A DNA stretch of 64,000 nt, taken from Eubacteriales bacterium (lineage in GTDB: Bacteria; Bacillota; Clostridia; Oscillospirales; CAG-272). Below are positions 58,301 through 64,000 of the stretch, piece by piece. Positions within the stretch are counted from its first letter, which is position 1; the number at the start of each line of letters is the position of its first letter. The position numbers and the translations under genes are program-made. Below the pieces are notes generated by a model, which worked only from the letters and a program-made list of their open reading frames with translations, did not search any database and was not told where the DNA came from. Location: contig JAZOTE010000063.1 of assembly GCA_045657485.1 (NCBI GenBank), positions 107,395 to 171,394 on the forward strand. Direction: 5' to 3'.

Positions 58301-59723
58301 TTTCCTTGGATATGCTGTACGCTACGCTTTTCTCACGCTCAGGTTTTGATATAATCGGCGAGGCCGACGTGCCTGAAATGGAAGAAAAAGTACTCGGCGT
58401 AGATGGAGCATCGCTTTCTGCTTCCTGCGCTCCGCTTATCGAGGCAGAATCCTCGTTTGAGGCTTGCTCTGCGGTATCGCTGTTCTTACCGTGGAGAAGC
58501 TGTCTTTTCCTCTCCTCAAATTCCGCTTGGCGCTTTTGCGCTTCCAGCTCCTTTTTCCGTTTTATGATATCCTCCTCGGTGATGGCGGATAGGGGCGTTG
58601 TATATTCGCTTATTCCTGAGCTTTGTTCTTTCGGTTTAACTCTGCTTGAGGCCTTGTATGAGAGCTTGTCCAACGTTGCGAAGTCAAACGGATCGAACTC
58701 CTTCGTGAAAACTCCGTCAGCGCGTTCATCGATTCCGAGAGGGACACGGCGCGCAGGCGCGGATTGCTTAACGGGCTCCTCAACGATCTCTTCTTTTGCG
58801 TTGGCTTCGGCCAGCATAAGCTCCTCCGTGAAGCCGTACGTCAGATCAACGGGATGTCTTTGCTCCGGTGTTACCACCGCTTTTTCTGTCGCAGGAGCGC
58901 TCTCCGGCTCGTCTGCAACGTCTGTAAACGCCGGCTGAGCCTCACTTTTAGGATGTATTTTAGTCTGTAGAGTAGGGTTACGCTCCAGAGATTCGTCATG
59001 CTTTACCTCATGAATGCCGAGCTCGCGGATCTTCAGCTCCTTCATTCCGTTGTCAACGGCGAAGAATTGGTCGTCTAAAAGCTCGGTGCTTCGCATTTCC
59101 TCTTCGAGCTGCTCCTTTTCCTCCTTTGCGGCTCTTGCGGAGGCGATCATACCCTTGATCCACCGCTCAATTGCGGCAAGCGCGCTGGCAATCCATCCAA
59201 CGCAGGTAACCACGACCCGACTGAAAGCTCCGTCGCCCTTAGTGAAGAAGAAGGTTATGTAAATAGCTATTATTGCAATTGCGAGAATGATTAGTCCAAC
59301 GTTACCGAGCACGGTGGCAATGCCGAATCCGATAACGCTACCGACGAATCCGCCGGAGGACTGTGTCTGATAAAATTCAACGGGAGCGAAAACGAGCTCG
59401 TTCCAGTTGACTATGGCGTATTCAATACATGATACCACGATCACCGATACGGCGGAGAATATAGATCTTGACAGCACCAGGCCCTTGAAATGATCTCCGG
59501 CGTAAAATATGGCGTGGGAAACGAGAAGCACGGGAATTGCGTATGCTCCCGCGGAGAAAAGACCTAAAAGCACTGAAGCGCATACTCCTCCCAACCAACC
59601 GGTTCCGCTGGTTATAAAGCAAACTGCCATAAAGCCCGCGATAGCCGCGAGTATTACCGGTATCGCCCGTTTGAAGCCTGTCAGCTGCTCGTAGTAGCTG
59701 CCGTTTCTGTTGTCGTCATTCAT
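55308..59723 (-). CDS. ftsK: DNA translocase FtsK/SpoIIIE with a very long acidic low-complexity linker (1471 aa)
   Basis: N-terminal TM block, Walker A GATGMGKS, and C-terminal gamma-domain ...LLQRKLSIGYGKAAKFID. Start set at MNDDNRNG after GGAGG. Confidence 0.85.
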   Translation of the reverse strand: MNDDNRNGSYYEQLTGFKRAIPVILAAIAGFMAVCFITSGTGWLGGVCASVLLGLFSAGAYAIPVLLVSHAIFYAGDHFKGLVLSRSIFSAVSVIVVSCIEYAIVNWNELVFAPVEFYQTQSSGGFVGSVIGFGIATVLGNVGLIILAIAIIAIYITFFFTKGDGAFSRVVVTCVGWIASALAAIERWIKGMIASARAAKEEKEQLEEEMRSTELLDDQFFAVDNGMKELKIRELGIHEVKHDESLERNPTLQTKIHPKSEAQPAFTDVADEPESAPATEKAVVTPEQRHPVDLTYGFTEELMLAEANAKEEIVEEPVKQSAPARRVPLGIDERADGVFTKEFDPFDFATLDKLSYKASSRVKPKEQSSGISEYTTPLSAITEEDIIKRKKELEAQKRQAEFEERKRQLLHGKNSDTAEQASNEDSASISGAQEAESDAPSTPSTFSSISGTSASPIISKPEREKSVAYSISKESKSYTPSISDSMIMTFDKPDFETDETADVAAKVAEVVERNTPGYARSANKSYTYTKITVNDPVDETPIAEDIAVTVDAPAVENAPIAEDTPLIEEAFASDEAPITENVAVAEEAPIAENAVVNEFSDAQAGTEKSAENVISDEASEESYSDGQIQSVDKAEYTPWSASVEDASNTKKEYSEPNEASPSYESAAVRNDDYGAGFEKIINIYNTSYDRDEKSDEVFKPYEVPTVDCPPAPVASVNELRIERTLISPTPDIEASDIREQRDRKYTVIDEDMPLMTDIPEPAEEPADDSFSWSVGSEPTTLDTSDDTPSNETDGGTVFDFGGDSEVPVDEKESDEEYSDDGALIFGDEKNDALFEGDENGAFDTEDGVESDGIFAEDEAAFSAEDEEITDAADEEIPAEEQNPEILKQREMFPFLDNTENSEDNIINLPDDEEEINDYEDLTDSEEDVPPFDAVPSPVVLPRASVVKDDLDWFAPVKEAPPKEEKKEKKKPDFSNFQFPPIDLLGIDENRVDLGEKEEIQENADKLIETLASFEVTASIKGVDRGPRITRYEVVPAKGVKVSRVLGLQDDIALNLAAESIRMEAPIPGKSAVGVEIPNKKASTVRLRELLDTEEFRSARSKTTVCMGKDVAGQPIFADIAKMPHALIAGATGMGKSVCINSLMISMLFKARPDEVKFIMIDPKQVEFTMYNGIPHLLVPIVTDVKQAAGALQWAVEEMERRYSVLQEALVKNIDSYNEKVASDPSVGEPMHRIIIVIDEFAELIMQVKNPVESLVIRIAQKARAAGIHLIIGTQKPVKEVITGLIKSNIPTKMSCKVLSNRDSILIFDQAGAERLLDKGDMLVAFASAPKPQRVQCTYVNDTEVDAVMDYLKQFSDGNTYDESVIEGIKRETDRISKKNGGDDDDRDDEGGGEGYLNDRQFLDAVEVAVNSSKISTSLLQRKLSIGYGKAAKFIDIMYDMGIVGDSNGQKPRDVLISSDEWREKLARTMID

Positions 59724-59891
59724 AATGTATATAACCTCCGTGTATTGTCGCATTAACAAAGAGAGCGGGGAACACCATGTCTCCGCAAATCTTTCCACTA
59801 AATATGATATCAAATTTTAACATAAAAAGCAAGAGTACAGCCGCAAAAAATAAAATATTTTACGAAAAAATAATTCGCACGCCCGTAATAC

Positions 59892-59920
59892 TTGACAAAT
59901 TAAAATATTTTTGTTAAAAT
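59892..59920 (+). promoter_or_regulatory. Promoter of cysS
   Basis: TTGACA-N17-TAAAAT. Confidence 0.6.
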
Positions 59921-60009
59921 GATAAACGGACATTTTTGCGCATTTTTTGGAGAGAACGAAAATGCGGACGTAAATAATCAATTAACACAGGCATAGAGGA
60001 GAAGTAAAA

Positions 60010-61452
60010 ATGCTTTTGTACAATTCGTTAACACGGTCAAAGGATGAATTTAAGCCTCGCGTAGAGGGCAAGGTAACGATGTATACCTGCGGTCCTACCG
60101 TTTATCATTTTGCTCATATCGGAAATCTTCGTACCTATACTATGGAGGATGTGCTTGAGAAGTATTTGGCATATCTTGGTAACGACGTAAAGCGCGTAAT
60201 GAACATTACGGACGTCGGCCATCTTTCCAGCGACGGAGATACCGGCGAGGATAAAATGCTTAAGGGAGCTAAAAGAGAGCACAAGACCGTACTTGAGATC
60301 GCAAAGTACTACACCGACGCTTTCTTTGCCGATTGCGATAAGCTTCACATTAAGCGCCCGGAGGTAATAGAGCCTGCGACCAACTGCATTCCGGAGTTTA
60401 TAGAAATGATTGAAACATTGCTTCGCAAGGGATATGCCTACGAGGCAGGAGGAAATATATACTTTGACACCTCGAAGTTAGAGAAGTATTACGTATTCAA
60501 CGATTTCAAGGAAGAGGATCTTGAGGTAGGAGTTCGTGATAGCGTCGAGGAGGACTCCAATAAGAAAAATAAGGCGGATTTCGTTCTTTGGTTCACCAAA
60601 TCAAAGTTTGAGGATCAGGAGCTGAAGTGGGATTCCCCTTGGGGCGTCGGTTATCCCGGTTGGCATATAGAATGCTCCTGTATCGCCGGCAAGCATCTTG
60701 GCGAGTACGTGGATTTACACTGCGGCGGAATCGACAACGCGTTTCCGCACCACACGAACGAAATAGCGCAGAGCGAGGCAACCTACGGACACGAGTGGTG
60801 CAAGTATTGGTTCCACGTTCATCATCTTAATACCAATTCCGGAAAGATGTCAAAATCAAAGGGCGAGTTTCTTACCGTGTCATTGCTGGAAGAGAAGGGA
60901 TACGATCCTTTGGTATATAGATTCTTCTGTATGCAGTCCCACTACAGACGAAATCTCGTGTTCTCCTGGGAGAACCTTGATAATGCGGCGGTGGCATACG
61001 GAAAGCTCATCTCCCGTGTCGCGTCGCTTACAGCTTCGGATGATGAAAGCATTGATACTGCAGCCTTCGAGGAGGGGAAAAAGAAATTTACGGACGCGCT
61101 TGATAATGACCTAAACACCTCTCTTGCCTTAACCGCTCTTTACGATGTTTTCAAGCTCGATACAAACGGCAAAACCAAGCTTGCGCTTATTCGGGATTTC
61201 GAACGTGTGCTTGACCTTGGACTTATTGATGCCGCTGCTAAAGTTAATGAAAACAAGAAAAAAACCGAGGCAGAGAACACGTCTGGAGTTGACTCCGAAC
61301 TTCTTGAATATATAAATGAGCGTATAGAAGCACGTAAGAATGCAAAAAAGAACAAGGATTTTGCGACGGCGGATGCTATTCGTGACGAGCTTCTTGCCAA
61401 GGGAATCACGCTTCTCGACACCAGAGAGGGAACTAAATTTACGATTTCCTGA
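60010..61452 (+). CDS. cysS: Cysteine--tRNA ligase
   Basis: CGPTVYHFAHIGNLR (HIGH region), KMSKS, and the class I CysRS layout. Confidence 0.95.
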   Translation: MLLYNSLTRSKDEFKPRVEGKVTMYTCGPTVYHFAHIGNLRTYTMEDVLEKYLAYLGNDVKRVMNITDVGHLSSDGDTGEDKMLKGAKREHKTVLEIAKYYTDAFFADCDKLHIKRPEVIEPATNCIPEFIEMIETLLRKGYAYEAGGNIYFDTSKLEKYYVFNDFKEEDLEVGVRDSVEEDSNKKNKADFVLWFTKSKFEDQELKWDSPWGVGYPGWHIECSCIAGKHLGEYVDLHCGGIDNAFPHHTNEIAQSEATYGHEWCKYWFHVHHLNTNSGKMSKSKGEFLTVSLLEEKGYDPLVYRFFCMQSHYRRNLVFSWENLDNAAVAYGKLISRVASLTASDDESIDTAAFEEGKKKFTDALDNDLNTSLALTALYDVFKLDTNGKTKLALIRDFERVLDLGLIDAAAKVNENKKKTEAENTSGVDSELLEYINERIEARKNAKKNKDFATADAIRDELLAKGITLLDTREGTKFTIS

Positions 61453-61498
61453 GTTTATACCATATCGCACAAGAAATAAAAAACAGAGAGAAGTTACA

Positions 61499-62716
61499 AT
61501 GAGAGAATTGCTTAGCTGTGCTATGGATATTGGCGAGCAGATGCTTATCAGCGGCGCAGAGGTGCACAGAGTAGAGGACAGTATGAGCAGGATATGCACC
61601 GCCCTCGGAGCTGTGCGCGTAGATTGCTTTATAATAACCAGCAGTATGGTTATTACCGTTCACTCTGCAGACGACCGTGCTTATACCGAAACCAGAAGAA
61701 TTAAATCACTTGGAACTGATTTTGATAAGCTTGATAAGCTTAATGCTCTTTCTCGGCGAATATGCGCGAGCAGATTAAGTTGCGATGAGATCAGACGCGA
61801 GCTTTCGTCTATCGTTAGCGGCAAGGTTTATTCGTTCGGTCTTCAGTGCGCGGCGTATGCGCTTATAGCGTCGGCGTTCACTGCGTTTTTCGGCGGAGAT
61901 TATATGCAGATAATTGCGTCGGCTGCCGTTGGAGCCGTTATCAGCTTCGTAGTGCGTTTGTCGGAGAAGACGATACAGAATATTATTTTTTCCAAGTTCG
62001 TATCAGCTCTATCCGTTACGGTGATGTCATACGTTTTTCTGTGGATAGGAGTCGTATCACGGGTAGACGAGATCATTATAGGCAATATAATGCTCATTAT
62101 TCCCGGTCTTGGCTTTACTAACGCTTTGCGTGATTTGTTCACAGGCGACAGCATAGCCGGTGCTCTCAGATCGCTTGAGGCGGCGATTTCCGCTGTGGCG
62201 ATTTCTGCGGGCTATATTCTCTTCGTCTTCGTCAGCGGAAACGTTTCGGTCAGCGGACACAGCGGCTCGGCTTTTGTTCCGGTGCAGATTGCAGGTGCGT
62301 TTTTGGGTTCTCTCGGCTTTGCCGTTCTTTTTAACTTAAGAGGCCGCAAGCTTTTGGCTACGGCTATGGGCGGCGGTATGGGTTGGATGTTGTTTTTGCT
62401 TTTAAACTCTGTTATCGCCGATGAGGCTATCTGTTATTTTATAGTTGCAATGTCTATTTCGCTTTATTCCGAGATAATGTCACGAGTGCTTAAGGCGCCT
62501 GCGACCATATTCATCGCTCCGTCCCTCATTCCTCTTGTTCCGGGAGCATCGCTATATTATACTATGGCATTTGCCTTGAACGGCGACGGAGGTATGTTTA
62601 CGGAGAGAGCGATAGGAACCTTGAGCCTTTCTGCTGCTTTGGCAATAGGAGTTATCGTATCTGCAATAGCAACTCAGCTTATTCTTAAGCTGCTGAACGG
62701 TCTGCACGCAAAATAA
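61499..62716 (+). CDS. Threonine/serine exporter (ThrE) family membrane protein, fused two-domain form
   Basis: Start at MRELLSCAMDIGEQMLISGAEVHRVEDS, a typical ThrE opener. The track start at 61340 overlaps cysS. Confidence 0.65.
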   Translation: MRELLSCAMDIGEQMLISGAEVHRVEDSMSRICTALGAVRVDCFIITSSMVITVHSADDRAYTETRRIKSLGTDFDKLDKLNALSRRICASRLSCDEIRRELSSIVSGKVYSFGLQCAAYALIASAFTAFFGGDYMQIIASAAVGAVISFVVRLSEKTIQNIIFSKFVSALSVTVMSYVFLWIGVVSRVDEIIIGNIMLIIPGLGFTNALRDLFTGDSIAGALRSLEAAISAVAISAGYILFVFVSGNVSVSGHSGSAFVPVQIAGAFLGSLGFAVLFNLRGRKLLATAMGGGMGWMLFLLLNSVIADEAICYFIVAMSISLYSEIMSRVLKAPATIFIAPSLIPLVPGASLYYTMAFALNGDGGMFTERAIGTLSLSAALAIGVIVSAIATQLILKLLNGLHAK

Positions 62717-62743
62717 TTATCACAAATCGAAAGGAGAGTCACC

Positions 62744-63505
62744 GTGTACGAAAAGCTGGTAGCTGACGTAGAGTTTATGAACGGAAATTATACTGCCGCG
62801 GCGGAAATGTATCACGACGGCGCCAGAGATGGCGATGCGCTTGCAGCATTTAATTACGGCTACTGTCTTTGGCGTGGACTGGGTGCGCCTTACGATCCCA
62901 AGGAGGCGAAAAGCTTTTTCGTTTATTCGAGTGAAGCTGAGGGCGGTGAGGCGTGCTACAATCTTGCTATGCTTTATATGCACGGCGAGGGCGTCAGTCG
63001 GGATTATAAGAAGTGCGCGGAGTATATGAAGAGGGCTGCGGTTCTCGGATGTATAGAGGCTCAGCTCTATCTCGGTATGGCGTACACGTCGGGATGTGTT
63101 TTTGAGCCGGACGTTATCGGAATATCGATGATTCCGTTTCATAAGCCTGAATACAGAGATTCCGTTTCTATGTTGGAGGGGGAAGTGCCTGATTTTGAGG
63201 AGGATGAGGAACAGCGCTATTCTGCGATAAAACAAGACGCTAGGCTGGCTTTTGAGTGGTTCAGAGCGGCGGCTCGTCACGATCCGACCTACGTAGAGGA
63301 GCTTACGGCTAAGGGAAAATATTTGTACGCCAGATGCTATGTGGACGGACTCGGAACAGACTTCGATAGAGAAAAATCAGCAAGGCTGATGCTTGCTGCG
63401 AGCCGCAGCGGATCAGCTGAAGCGACATCGTATATATTAGAAAACGGACTTGCTCCCCTACTTGATGACAGGGGAAAAAACAGGTTAAAGGAGATAGGCG
63501 GATGA
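62744..63505 (+). CDS. Sel1-repeat (TPR-like) protein
   Basis: GTG start after AAAGGAGAG. Repeated ...A..NLAMLYMHGEGV..DY.KA..Y...AA..G units. Confidence 0.7.
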   Translation: MYEKLVADVEFMNGNYTAAAEMYHDGARDGDALAAFNYGYCLWRGLGAPYDPKEAKSFFVYSSEAEGGEACYNLAMLYMHGEGVSRDYKKCAEYMKRAAVLGCIEAQLYLGMAYTSGCVFEPDVIGISMIPFHKPEYRDSVSMLEGEVPDFEEDEEQRYSAIKQDARLAFEWFRAAARHDPTYVEELTAKGKYLYARCYVDGLGTDFDREKSARLMLAASRSGSAEATSYILENGLAPLLDDRGKNRLKEIGG

Positions 63506-63990
63506 GCTTGCCTTTATCAAATTTTACTCGCCCCTTTCGTATTATCCTTATCGTTTTTATCAGCTTGAATCTTTTGTTTATATTTATAAACTCCGCCTTG
63601 CCTATTGAGAAATCGTTGGCGGAGAGTGAAGCAGTCAAGGACGCGGTGATTGACGTTCTTCCTGAGCATACGGCAGTAGTGTCTTTTGTATCGGATAATA
63701 TACGCAGTATTGCTCACTTTGCGGAATATGCGCTTCTCGGATTTCTTTGTACGCTGTATTCGATGCTTTATATCAAACGGACGCCGGTAACCGTTTCATA
63801 TTTGGTTGTGGCGGGGTTGATCATTGGATTTTTAGATGAAACGGTACAGATATTTTCGGGCAGAGGCTCAAGTATTAAAGACGTATGGCTCGATTTCTCC
63901 GGATATTTAACGGCGCTTTTGCTAACGCTTTCCGCTTTTTTATTGCGCAAGTATATCATAGATCGCATCAAGGACAACAACAATGGTTAA
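63502..63990 (+). CDS. VanZ-like family membrane protein
   Basis: HFAEYALLGF and DETVQIFSGRGSSIKDVWLDFSGY blocks. 4-nt overlap with the upstream gene. Confidence 0.6.
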   Translation: MSLPLSNFTRPFRIILIVFISLNLLFIFINSALPIEKSLAESEAVKDAVIDVLPEHTAVVSFVSDNIRSIAHFAEYALLGFLCTLYSMLYIKRTPVTVSYLVVAGLIIGFLDETVQIFSGRGSSIKDVWLDFSGYLTALLLTLSAFLLRKYIIDRIKDNNNG

Positions 63991-64000
63991 AATACAAAAT

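Noticed and set aside
56782-58938. Serine-rich antisense ORFs inside ftsK (e.g. 56977-57663, 58297-58938)
   Set aside because: They are mirror-image artefacts of the acidic low-complexity linker on the opposite strand, with no RBSs.
59814-60009. T-box riboswitch upstream of cysS
   Set aside because: The leader from the predicted promoter is only about 90 nt. It lacks a specifier-loop/T-box sequence (no AGAGA…GGUGGUACCGCG-like block) and has only a short hairpin.

Overview
Firmicutes/Clostridia-like chromosomal segment, inferred from GGAGG-type RBSs, TTGACA-N17-TATAAT promoters and gene content. All functional calls come from motif recognition by eye; no database search was possible.

Positions ~1-45.8 kb are an accessory, decay-rich carbohydrate-utilisation region. 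It holds about a dozen glycoside-hydrolase or esterase-type genes: GH-A/GH5-like, three GH28-type beta-helix proteins, GH92-like, two GH20/DUF4838-like, GH89-like, GH35, and SASA-type and alpha/beta esterases. It also holds four AraC regulators (one with an amber stop) and a peptidase/ASRT operon. No recognisable sugar transporter and no signal peptides are present.

The first 28 kb is punctuated by a repeat system that ordinary annotation does not explain:
- Nine copies (four near-perfect) of a 13-bp-stem hairpin, TTGGACACATCAT...ATGATGTGTCCAA. Four are followed by truncated 5' stubs of diverged tyrosine-recombinase genes.
- Four good copies plus one decayed copy of a 12-bp core, GGCRYAGGTAAC. 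Each good copy is followed by a 23-codon frame (...AVAV.IEEASK*) conserved at the protein level.

I read this as a cassette-like array built by serial site-specific accretion of related integrative elements whose recombinases were all later deleted. The alternative is a new integron-like platform.

A second accretion site sits at the 3' end of rpsI (47.5-50.3 kb). It has a duplicated rpsI end plus terminator, two integrase 3' remnants, TetR/membrane cargo and a 10-bp-phased CGTGAATAT array. tRNA-Arg(CCG) is preceded by a promoter-driven tRNA-like scar.

Positions 50.3-64 kb are housekeeping: rpsI-rplM, a PP-loop ATPase, an amidase, DJ-1, an unusually long FtsK, cysS, ThrE-like, Sel1 and VanZ. 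Pseudogenes are frequent throughout the accessory part.
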